DNA of 64,000 bases from a virus. A program made the translations under genes and the position numbers. Positions 49,347 through 56,863 of this stretch are shown here, piece by piece (position 1 is the stretch's first letter; the number at the start of each line of letters is the position of its first letter). The notes under the pieces were generated by a model that saw nothing but the letters and a program-made list of their open reading frames with translations, was not told the origin of the DNA and made no database searches. Location of the stretch: positions 15,603-79,602 of the IMG/VR virus record IMGVR_UViG_3300023108_000014, one strand, 5' to 3'.

Positions 49347-49532
49347 ATGTGGATTAACGAATTATGGCTTTTAGGAACAGCATCAATCTTTACATATGTA
49401 GGTTGGTGGTTTGGTAGAGGCGATACGAAAACTATCATTGCTGACACTATTGATAGTCTTATCCGTGAAGGATATTTAAGGACAAGGCTTACTGACGGTG
49501 ATATAGAGGTTCTTAAATTAGACGAGGACTAG
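49347..49532 (+). CDS. Small membrane protein
   Basis: N-terminal TM; IDSLIREGYL. Confidence 0.55.
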   Translation: MWINELWLLGTASIFTYVGWWFGRGDTKTIIADTIDSLIREGYLRTRLTDGDIEVLKLDED

Positions 49533-49533
49533 T

Positions 49534-49725
49534 ATGGCAGAACCAATTTCGTTTGAAGATTCGTTAGAGGAAGATGATTGGGGATTAATCATTGGATCAG
49601 ATGGTTCGCTTAAAGGACTTTATGTTCCAGAAGGATATGAAGATGCTGATGTTCCAGATTCGATTGTTCTAATCTGTGAAAAGTTTTTTGGTATTGATCC
49701 AACTGAAAAGGTAACACTTCATTGA
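49534..49725 (+). CDS. Hypothetical protein
   Basis: GAGGA RBS. Confidence 0.6.
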   Translation: MAEPISFEDSLEEDDWGLIIGSDGSLKGLYVPEGYEDADVPDSIVLICEKFFGIDPTEKVTLH

Positions 49726-49961
49726 TACCCGTTGAAATTTTCGAATATAAACAGCGTTGGAAGCCTGGCTATTCTGTCAGGCTTCACAGCGATTTAAGAT
49801 CACAAGGTAAAGATTTCTGTAAGATACAAATGTTTAAACAGCAATGGGATATTGCTGAATACACAGACGTATATGAAGATACATTCTATTTTGAATATAA
49901 ACAAGATGCAGAAAGCTTTTTAGCAAAATATAGACAGTATGCAGAAAAAAATTACGATTGA
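49722..49961 (+). CDS. Hypothetical protein
   Basis: Coupled ORF. Confidence 0.6.
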   Translation: MIPVEIFEYKQRWKPGYSVRLHSDLRSQGKDFCKIQMFKQQWDIAEYTDVYEDTFYFEYKQDAESFLAKYRQYAEKNYD

Positions 49962-50181
49962 ACAACTTGCAGATCTAGCGCAAGAAGCAGAATCTATGGA
50001 TCCTATAGATTGGCAAGAATTTAATACTACAAAAGAATTTGTTTACAGACTAATGGCTAGTGCTGTTATTGAGCAAATTGAAGCACAAAAAGATGATCAA
50101 AAAATGTTCATCGCAATGGCAAGTTTGACTAAATTATTAGTAGAGAACTTTGTGTTAAATGCACGGCTAAAAACTAAATGA
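49939..50181 (+). CDS. Hypothetical protein
   Basis: Coupled ORF. Confidence 0.6.
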   Translation: MQKKITIEQLADLAQEAESMDPIDWQEFNTTKEFVYRLMASAVIEQIEAQKDDQKMFIAMASLTKLLVENFVLNARLKTK

Positions 50182-51383
50182 ATCAATCTTTTTGTCCCTT
50201 ACCATTTATTGAATATTGCAACACAACAGCAAATAGGCTGAAATTGTGTTGTGAATCATATGATATAGGAGACAAAGAATATGACAGCATTACAGAAGAC
50301 TTTGAAAAGAATTCTATTTTAAATGAAGTAAGACGAAAAATGCTCGCTGGTGAGCGGGTAGAGTTTTGTTCAAATTGTTATGATTGGGAAGACAGCGGCA
50401 GTGATAGTCCTAGAAAAGATAGGTTACGAGAAACAAATCCTATACTGTTGCAAAAGGCAATGAAAGGACAAATCGAACTTACATCTTTAGATTTAAAGTT
50501 TGGTAATGTATGCAATCTTGCTTGTACTATGTGTGAGGCTACTAATAGCAGTCTTATAAGCGATCACTTAAAAAAAGATCCCGGCAATGATCTTAAAAAA
50601 TTTGATACTATAGACAGTAAACCGTTATATCATAAATTTGAAATGTCTGCACTAGATGAACTTGATTTCTCTAAAATTACTAGAGTAAAGAGCACTGGCG
50701 GCGAACCAATGTTGCAAGAAGGATTTCATCAATTTGTAGACAAACTAGACGAGAATTGTGCGTTGAGAATGGTAACAAATGGAACTATTGACTTAGTGCC
50801 ATATTGGAATAAGTTTTCTTCTATCAAACAGGTTAATCTAAATTTTAGTGTAGAAGGAATACACGAAACATATCATTACAACAGATGGCCAAGTAAGTTT
50901 AGTAAAATTGAACGTAATATCAGAAAGATATTAGAAAAGAAAAAGCAGGAAAAAAATACAAGCGTTAATCTAATTATTGCAACAGCAGTAGGAATTATTA
51001 CATTTAGTGAAACGCATAAATTAATGCAATGGATAATAGATTTAAATAAAGAATTTGCGTTTAACGATATGCCAATTATAGAATTAGATCTTAATTTAAT
51101 AAGAGATCCATTGCATAGTGTTCCTGCACTTGCTCCTAAAGAATCTATACAAATAGCAGTAGAGGAAATGCAAAATCTTAAGGGCGTTGACAATTTAGCA
51201 TTTCCTAACATTGATGATTTTATTAAAGTTATACAAAGACAGTCAGATAATATTCATCCTAAAGAAAAACAAAAAGGCTTGCGACAACTTAAAAGTGCGT
51301 GTGCTTGGTGGTCACGTAATAGAAATTTAGATTATTTTTCTTTGCCAATTATTCAAAAAACACTTGACCAACTTGAAGAATGA
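50178..51383 (+). CDS. Radical SAM protein with N-terminal twitch-like domain
   Basis: FCPLPF...CC...CSNC; CNLACTMC; TGGEPML; VTNGT. Confidence 0.88.
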   Translation: MNQSFCPLPFIEYCNTTANRLKLCCESYDIGDKEYDSITEDFEKNSILNEVRRKMLAGERVEFCSNCYDWEDSGSDSPRKDRLRETNPILLQKAMKGQIELTSLDLKFGNVCNLACTMCEATNSSLISDHLKKDPGNDLKKFDTIDSKPLYHKFEMSALDELDFSKITRVKSTGGEPMLQEGFHQFVDKLDENCALRMVTNGTIDLVPYWNKFSSIKQVNLNFSVEGIHETYHYNRWPSKFSKIERNIRKILEKKKQEKNTSVNLIIATAVGIITFSETHKLMQWIIDLNKEFAFNDMPIIELDLNLIRDPLHSVPALAPKESIQIAVEEMQNLKGVDNLAFPNIDDFIKVIQRQSDNIHPKEKQKGLRQLKSACAWWSRNRNLDYFSLPIIQKTLDQLEE

Positions 51384-51422
51384 TAGTATTATATAAGAGT
51401 AATTAATAACTCAGAGGGTAAC

Positions 51423-51971
51423 ATGAAAGATATATTTTTCATAAGTGACACTCACTTTAACCACGAGGCTATCTTGCAATTCGTTGATCATGCAAAACCT
51501 ACGGAACTAATTCGTGCGGGTTTTGAAAACATTGAACACATGAATGAAACTATGATAGAGCGTTGGAACAGTGTTGTCAAGCCAACTGATGTTGTTTATC
51601 ACCTTGGCGATGTTGTGTTTGGAGAAAACAAACCTGATTGGTTAGAAACTAACATGCCGCGACTAAATGGCAAAAAGTTTTTAGTGTTAGGCAATCATGA
51701 TCGTCCTAAAATTTTGCAGCCATACTTCAAAGAAATTAGTGTATGGGCAGAGTTTCATGATCATAACTTTATTGCAACACATATTCCGATGCATAAAGAA
51801 GCAACCAAGCGTGGTCGTCCGGGTTACAGTTTAGCAGATCCAAAAGTAAATTATATGCATAATGTACATGGACATATCCACCAAAATAAATCTTGGGAAC
51901 CTTGGATGAAATGTGTAAGTGTAGAACAAACAAACTACACGCCAGTACACATAGAGGAGTTATTTGTATGA
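51423..51971 (+). CDS. Metallophosphoesterase
   Basis: SDTHFNH, YHLGD, GNHD, THIP, HGHIH. Confidence 0.9.
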   Translation: MKDIFFISDTHFNHEAILQFVDHAKPTELIRAGFENIEHMNETMIERWNSVVKPTDVVYHLGDVVFGENKPDWLETNMPRLNGKKFLVLGNHDRPKILQPYFKEISVWAEFHDHNFIATHIPMHKEATKRGRPGYSLADPKVNYMHNVHGHIHQNKSWEPWMKCVSVEQTNYTPVHIEELFV

Positions 51972-52261
51972 TACTAGAATACAAAAGTTTTGAACCGCAG
52001 CCAATGATGGATGGAACACAAGTTGTATTAAAGTTCGGTGAGCAATACAACCTAAGTATTGTTAGTCATGGATTTTCTTATGGTGGTAAGCAAGGCTTGT
52101 ATGAAATTGCCGTGATTGACGCTAAAGCATGTGAACAAGTCAACTTTCCTGGAATTACAGAAGAACACGATACTGTAAAAGGCTGGTTGACAACTGATGA
52201 TGTTGACACTATAATAAAGAAAATGTACTTTTTAACCGGCGTAAGCCCTAAGCAAGTATAA
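51968..52261 (+). CDS. Hypothetical phage protein
   Basis: SYGGKQGLYEIAV; ATG 51968 after GAGGAG. Confidence 0.65.
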   Translation: MILEYKSFEPQPMMDGTQVVLKFGEQYNLSIVSHGFSYGGKQGLYEIAVIDAKACEQVNFPGITEEHDTVKGWLTTDDVDTIIKKMYFLTGVSPKQV

Positions 52262-52270
52262 GAGGTCAAC

Positions 52271-52471
52271 ATGTCTAAATATGGTCCTAGAGTTTATGCA
52301 AGTGACATTATTAAAACAAAAGGTCACTGGGCTGTAGGTTTAATTTGGAATGCTGAAGGTAGCAAAGGCATTTATAATATTGAAATGAAGGACAATGGCT
52401 TTACGTGCGATTGTCCTGCATTCAAAAAATGTAAACATATAAAAGCAGTAGAAGAGGCATTCGATGCTTGA
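52271..52471 (+). CDS. SWIM-type zinc finger protein
   Basis: TCDCPAFKKCKHI. Confidence 0.7.
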   Translation: MSKYGPRVYASDIIKTKGHWAVGLIWNAEGSKGIYNIEMKDNGFTCDCPAFKKCKHIKAVEEAFDA

Positions 52472-52781
52472 TGACCATATTGCAAAACTTTTTGCTAAAA
52501 ATATCAACATGATGGTGCCTTGGTATCTTATGGCATCATACGCATACTATGAACAAGATGATGCTATTTTCTCAGATGCGTTTTTTGATGAAATGGGTAA
52601 AACTATGTTAGCCTGTTGGGATGATATCAAACACTTTCACAAAGAGTATATCACAAAAGGCGATTTAGAAGCAGGCACTTTCCTAGGAAAATATCCAAGT
52701 CGTGTTGAAGGTGCTTTAAAAAGTGTAAGAGAAACATATTACACCAAAAGTGGTTCAGTCAGAAAAAATATTAAAATTTAG
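52464..52781 (+). CDS. Stand-alone NAD-dependent DNA ligase domain Ia-like protein
   Basis: SYAYYEQDDAIFSDAFFD. Confidence 0.6.
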   Translation: MLDDHIAKLFAKNINMMVPWYLMASYAYYEQDDAIFSDAFFDEMGKTMLACWDDIKHFHKEYITKGDLEAGTFLGKYPSRVEGALKSVRETYYTKSGSVRKNIKI

Positions 52782-52838
52782 GTTGACTAGATCAATAAAC
52801 CAGTGTATAAATAATCATAGACAGGTAAGGAGAATACT

Positions 52839-53348
52839 ATGAAACGTCTACTAGCAAGTGTTGTATTTTGTGCTGTTGCTACTCCTGTACTAGCAGAACA
52901 AACACCGTTGGCTACTATTACAAGCGTAACACCCAACTACACAACACAAGTTATTCGCAATCCATATCAAAAATGCAACATTGTTGATGTACCAGTTTAT
53001 GGGCAAATCAACAATGGTGGTGGAGCAAATGCAGGTGATGTACTAGGTGGCATGATTATCGGAGGCATCTTAGGTAAAGGTGTTTCGGGTAATGATAAAG
53101 GTGCAGCCGCAGGTGCAGTACTAGGTGGTATGATTGCTGCTGATAACAAAAACAACAGTCAACAAGGCATTGTAGGTTATCGACAAGAACAGCGTTGTGA
53201 AACATATTATAACGAAGAACGTGTTAATACTCTTAAGAATTACACAATTCGTTATGAATGGAATGGTGTAAAAGGAAAGAGTTTTACCTACAATCAATAT
53301 AACGTAGGCGATCGAATTCCTATCTCCGTTAGCATTAACGCAATGTAG
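52839..53348 (+). CDS. Glycine-zipper 2TM secreted protein
   Basis: Signal peptide; GMIIGGILG...GAAAGAVLGG. Confidence 0.75.
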   Translation: MKRLLASVVFCAVATPVLAEQTPLATITSVTPNYTTQVIRNPYQKCNIVDVPVYGQINNGGGANAGDVLGGMIIGGILGKGVSGNDKGAAAGAVLGGMIAADNKNNSQQGIVGYRQEQRCETYYNEERVNTLKNYTIRYEWNGVKGKSFTYNQYNVGDRIPISVSINAM

Positions 53349-53353
53349 TAAAT

Positions 53354-53441
53354 GGTCGGGGGGCAGGATGGTAATGCAGCAGATTGCTAATCTGTACAAC
53401 CTGAAAGGGTTGACTGGGTTCGATTCCCAGTCCGACCGCCA
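53354..53441 (+). tRNA. tRNA-Ser(GCT)
   Basis: GGTCGGG/TCCGACC acceptor, GCAGA-TTGCTAA-TCTGT, long V-arm, TTCGATT, G73-CCA. Confidence 0.93.
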
Positions 53442-53465
53442 CTACTAAATGATAATTAGTTTAAT

Positions 53466-53541
53466 GCTCCTATAGCTCAGTTGGTAGAGCAATTGATTTG
53501 TAATCAATAGGTCCGCGGTTCAAGTCCGTGTGGGAGCACCA
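53466..53541 (+). tRNA. tRNA-Thr(TGT)
   Basis: Canonical cloverleaf; ATTGA-TTTGTAA-TCAAT; CCA encoded. Confidence 0.95.
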
Positions 53542-53557
53542 TATAAAGGAAAGATAA

Positions 53558-53839
53558 ATGGATTTAAGAGACACACTATTAAATGCGTTCCGTAATCATG
53601 CACAGGGTCATATTGATAAACACGTTGCTAACGTAGAAGTTTATCTTGCTAATCCTGCCGGTATCGGTGAGCATTCTGATATTATTGAAGCAATGGAAAT
53701 CGAAGTAGAAGCAATTGCAAAGTACATGGATCAAATTGATGTAATTGAGCGTTGGTTCCCACTACCAGAATGGGAAGTGCATCATGATGAAGACCATGAT
53801 GACGACGATGACGACCACGACGATCACGACGACGATTAA
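53558..53839 (+). CDS. Small phage protein with His/Asp-rich tail
   Basis: NVEVYL.NPAGIGEH core; C-terminal HHDEDHDDDDDDHDDHDDD. Confidence 0.75.
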   Translation: MDLRDTLLNAFRNHAQGHIDKHVANVEVYLANPAGIGEHSDIIEAMEIEVEAIAKYMDQIDVIERWFPLPEWEVHHDEDHDDDDDDHDDHDDD

Positions 53840-53845
53840 AAAATA

Positions 53846-53930
53846 GCGCATGTGGTGAAATTGGTAGACACGCTAGATTTAGGTTCTAGTTCCGCGAGGA
53901 GTGGGGGTTCAAGTCCCTCCATGCGCACCA
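53846..53930 (+). tRNA. tRNA-Leu(TAG)
   Basis: GCGCATG/CATGCGC, CTAGA-TTTAGGT-TCTAG, V-arm, CCA. Confidence 0.95.
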
Positions 53931-53936
53931 TACAAT

Positions 53937-54671
53937 ATGTATAGACATAACGAACAGCGTACAGAACAATATAGCAATAACTTTACGGATGACAAGGTTT
54001 ACAAAAAACTGTTGCCTGACTGTAAAGTTATTTTTGATATCGGCGCTAACTTTGGTCAAAGTATTAAAAAGTTTAAATCAATTTGGCCTGACTGCGTTAT
54101 TCACGCTTTCGAACCTTTACCGGAATGTCAAAAGACACTGAAAGAACTGTCCGATCAGTATCACGATGTTCATATACATGAAATGGCTGTTGGAGCAGTA
54201 TGTGATTACAAACAGTTTTACAAACCCGAAGTGCAAATTGCACTAACTAGCATATATAGAATTAATCCTAACAGCAAAGATAGTTTAGCAATTAATGCTC
54301 CTGACCTTGCTGGCGTAACTAGTGAAGAATATTTAAAAGGTATAAACAATACTTTTTCAGCAAATGTTACCACACTAGACGATTTTTGTAAGAAGAATAG
54401 TATAGTTCCTGATTTTGTAAAAATGGATATACAAGGTAGTGAAAGTGCTGTTCTTGCAGGTGCTATAAACACACTACCTAGTGTGCGTATGTTACAGATG
54501 GAAGTTATGTTATATGATCTATACGAACACAAAACTTCTTTCTTTGATATTGAAAAATATACAAGGAGCGATTTTGAACTTTACGATATTTTTCATATTG
54601 CAAAAAATCCTATGAACGGGCGTACAGATTGGATTGATGTAATTTATAAAAATATTAAAAAAAGTGGTTGA
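53937..54671 (+). CDS. FkbM-family methyltransferase
   Basis: FDIGANFG, AFEP, TLDDF, KMDIQGSE; start moved out of tRNA-Leu to ATG 53937. Confidence 0.88.
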   Translation: MYRHNEQRTEQYSNNFTDDKVYKKLLPDCKVIFDIGANFGQSIKKFKSIWPDCVIHAFEPLPECQKTLKELSDQYHDVHIHEMAVGAVCDYKQFYKPEVQIALTSIYRINPNSKDSLAINAPDLAGVTSEEYLKGINNTFSANVTTLDDFCKKNSIVPDFVKMDIQGSESAVLAGAINTLPSVRMLQMEVMLYDLYEHKTSFFDIEKYTRSDFELYDIFHIAKNPMNGRTDWIDVIYKNIKKSG

Positions 54672-54698
54672 CACTTATAAATAACAATGTTATAAATA
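54668..54698 (+). promoter_or_regulatory. Composite sigma70/late promoter of leader-tRNA operon
   Basis: TTGACA-N17-TATAAA with TG; -10 within TATAAATA. Confidence 0.75.
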
Positions 54699-54724
54699 AT
54701 TTATTAAAAAGAAAGAGTAGATAC

Positions 54725-54784
54725 ATGATCAAGACTAACAAAATATGTATAATATATTGGCCACCTAAAGGGGGTATGTCTTGA
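54725..54784 (+). CDS. Putative attenuator leader peptide MIKTNKICIIYWPPKGGMS (19 aa)
   Basis: GAAAGAG RBS; codons ATA-TGT-ATA-ATA-TAT-TGG-CCA-CCT; 3' end overlaps the antiterminator. Confidence 0.65.
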   Translation: MIKTNKICIIYWPPKGGMS

Positions 54785-54811
54785 CGTGACTTTTTAAAAA
54801 GTTATTTCAAC

Positions 54812-54846
54812 AGCCCCTAGCACTAATAATGTTAGGGGCTTTTTTT
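54812..54846 (+). terminator. Intrinsic terminator (attenuator), mutually exclusive with antiterminator 54769-54818
   Basis: AGCCCCTAGCA-ctaataa-TGTTAGGGGCT plus T6. Confidence 0.85.
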
Positions 54847-54848
54847 AT

Positions 54849-54924
54849 GACTACACTACGCCTTACTGCAATAAGGTGTCTTTGCAGGGACAGAGACCTC
54901 GAAAGGGTCAAAGATAGTGTAGTT
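54849..54924 (+). ncRNA. Unidentified structured RNA (multi-stem, kissing-loop candidate)
   Basis: Closing stem GACTACACTA/TAGTGTAGTT; CGCCTTA-CTGCAA-TAAGGTG; TTGCAG complementary to that loop; GNRA hairpin. Confidence 0.6.
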
Positions 54925-54938
54925 TTAAAAAAAGTTAT

Positions 54939-55023
54939 GCCGGTGCGGTACAGTAGGAGAGGTACGCTGGTCTCCAAAACCAGTTCCTAGGATTAGCGAG
55001 TTCGAATCTCGCCACCGGTGCCA
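54939..55023 (+). tRNA. tRNA-Trp(CCA), atypical (12-nt variable region)
   Basis: GCCGGTG/CACCGGT, CTGGT-CTCCAAA-ACCAG, GCGAG-TTCGAAT-CTCGC, G73-CCA. Confidence 0.85.
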
Positions 55024-55039
55024 AACAAAAAGGAACATT

Positions 55040-55207
55040 ATGCGCAGAGGAAATAAACCTGAAGCAGAAGATTATATAAAGGTAAGGTTAGAGTTTCTTC
55101 ACGAAGAAAAGAAAAAGAACGATAACGAAACTGCTCATCTAGTATTAGATAAAGCAATTTATGAATTAAGTATTGTTCTTGATCTTTTGACAAGAAACGG
55201 GGATTAG
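55040..55207 (+). CDS. Small hypothetical protein (55 aa) between tRNAs, not in ORF track
   Basis: AAGGA RBS; MRRGNKPEAEDYIKVRLEFL...; stop lies in the 5' end of tRNA-Pro. Confidence 0.5.
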   Translation: MRRGNKPEAEDYIKVRLEFLHEEKKKNDNETAHLVLDKAIYELSIVLDLLTRNGD

Positions 55208-55275
55208 GAAAGTCTGGTTAATCCGTCTGCTTTGGGAGCAGAAGATCGCAAGTTCGAATCTTGCATCCCCGACCA
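55198..55275 (+). tRNA. tRNA-Pro(TGG)
   Basis: CGGGGAT/ATCCCCG, TCTGC-TTTGGGA-GCAGA, CCA. Confidence 0.93.
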
Positions 55276-55280
55276 AATAT

Positions 55281-55374
55281 AGTCCCGTAGTTTAGCGGTA
55301 AAACACCTGGCTTATATCCAGCATCGTCTCCAGATTAGAGAGCGTCCCCGGTTCGAATCCGGGCGGGACTACCA
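55281..55374 (+). tRNA. tRNA-Ile(TAT) with long variable arm
   Basis: AGTCCCG/CGGGACT, CTGG-CTTATAT-CCAG, ~24-nt V region, CCCGG-TTCGAAT-CCGGG, A73-CCA. Confidence 0.82.
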
Positions 55375-55395
55375 ACTAAAAAAAATAATTACAAT

Positions 55396-56472
55396 ATGTT
55401 CGAAACTGCTCACGTAGAAATAACTAGTAGGTGTAATGCACAGTGTCCAGGATGTGCAAGAGTAGACGAAGATGATTTTACTCTACAACCTATTCTTAAA
55501 GAAAACAAACTAGACTGGACACTGGAAGACTTCAAAAGAATTTTTCCTCCGCATCTTGTTCAAGACAAGAAGTTTCAATTTGGTGTCGTTGTAGACGAAC
55601 CGTTCATGAATCCTAATTTAGCAGACATTGTAGAGTACGCATTACGTAGTGGTGCAGAAGAAGTTTATATCTATACAAATGGTGGAGCAGGTACAAGTCT
55701 TGTTTGGGAACGAATTGCTGCTATGAGCAAACGATTTTATCCTAAATTGTTTGTAGAGTTTAGTATAGATGGCCACAAGGAAACAAATCATATCTATAGA
55801 AGATTTGTTAAATGGAAAAACGTACAACGCAATATTAATTTATATTGCACTATTGCTAGACATGACGGCAAGGTAAATGGACGTTGGGTTTATCTAGTAT
55901 TTGACCACAACGAAAAGGATATTAAGAACGCAGAAGCATTTGCTGAAACACTAGGTATTGATTTCCTGATTAGAGCAAACACAAGAAACACAGACTCTTG
56001 GTTTGTTGATGATGAAAAAGATTCTTACGAAGTAAAACCGACTACAAATGAAAACTTTCAACACAGTCAATTAGAAGAAAAACGTAAGTTTGACAAAAAG
56101 CCTAAGACAAATTTATCATTAGAAGATATAGAAAGTATAGGTTGTTATCATTTTCACGAAAAAGAAATTTTTGTAGATTGGAATCAAAATGTATTTCCAT
56201 GCTGTTGGTGGGGTTCATCTTACTACTACGATGGCAAAGACAAGAAAGAAAAAATTTATAAACCTATTGAAGATAAGTACGGTAGCAATTGGTGCTCTTT
56301 GAAATACAATAGCCTTGAAGAAATTCTACAAGGGTTTTACAAAGAAGATCTTGCAAAAGGTTGGAGTACAACTAGCGAATTTAATCACGGCGAAATGTGT
56401 TTTAAAAAGTGCGGCGATTGTGGTATTAGACAAAAATATGAATGGTTTGATTCAGATGGAAACAGTATATAA
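55396..56472 (+). CDS. Radical SAM/SPASM-like protein
   Basis: CNAQCPGC, EPFMNP, YTNGG, FSIDG, VFPCC, CFKKC. Confidence 0.88.
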   Translation: MFETAHVEITSRCNAQCPGCARVDEDDFTLQPILKENKLDWTLEDFKRIFPPHLVQDKKFQFGVVVDEPFMNPNLADIVEYALRSGAEEVYIYTNGGAGTSLVWERIAAMSKRFYPKLFVEFSIDGHKETNHIYRRFVKWKNVQRNINLYCTIARHDGKVNGRWVYLVFDHNEKDIKNAEAFAETLGIDFLIRANTRNTDSWFVDDEKDSYEVKPTTNENFQHSQLEEKRKFDKKPKTNLSLEDIESIGCYHFHEKEIFVDWNQNVFPCCWWGSSYYYDGKDKKEKIYKPIEDKYGSNWCSLKYNSLEEILQGFYKEDLAKGWSTTSEFNHGEMCFKKCGDCGIRQKYEWFDSDGNSI

Positions 56473-56631
56473 ATGTTTACAGTAGTAAAAGAAATTATTT
56501 GGCATTTAACATGTAATAATTGTAAAGGCTGGTTCACTTACGCAACAATGGAAAAAATGTGCATCGATCGATATACATTTCATTGCCCGCATTGTGGACA
56601 AAAAGCTGGATGTACATTACAGGATAAGTAA
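56473..56631 (+). CDS. Small zinc-ribbon protein, not in ORF track
   Basis: MFTVVKEIIWHLTCNNCKGW...FHCPHCGQK. Confidence 0.55.
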   Translation: MFTVVKEIIWHLTCNNCKGWFTYATMEKMCIDRYTFHCPHCGQKAGCTLQDK

Positions 56632-56861
56632 TGCCGCAAAAAATTAAAACCATTAGGGCTCGCACTGGCGTGTTGGAGCGGGAAAACATATCCGTAGAAA
56701 TTCGAGTAAACAGACGTAAGAAAAAATGTAGATTTAGATTCTGGCAAGATCAAGAATTTTTAAAACAATATGATTATAATTTGCAGGAAGCAAATCATCA
56801 ATATAATGAAATGGTTAGAAACGGGTATTGTGTTGTAAAAACTGAACCTGAAACCATTTAA
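56631..56861 (+). CDS. Hypothetical protein
   Basis: TAATG-coupled ORF. Confidence 0.55.
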   Translation: MPQKIKTIRARTGVLERENISVEIRVNRRKKKCRFRFWQDQEFLKQYDYNLQEANHQYNEMVRNGYCVVKTEPETI

Positions 56862-56863
56862 GG

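Noticed and set aside
53901-53936. GTG start of the FkbM ORF given in the track
   Set aside because: It lies within tRNA-Leu; ATG 53937 is the plausible start.
54849-54924. Hammerhead ribozyme or tRNA
   Set aside because: No CUGANGA core, no T-loop and no CCA; retained only as an unknown structured RNA.
54939-55374. Stop-codon reassignment or suppressor tRNAs
   Set aside because: Anticodons are CCA, TGG and TAT, and genes end normally in TAA, TAG and TGA.
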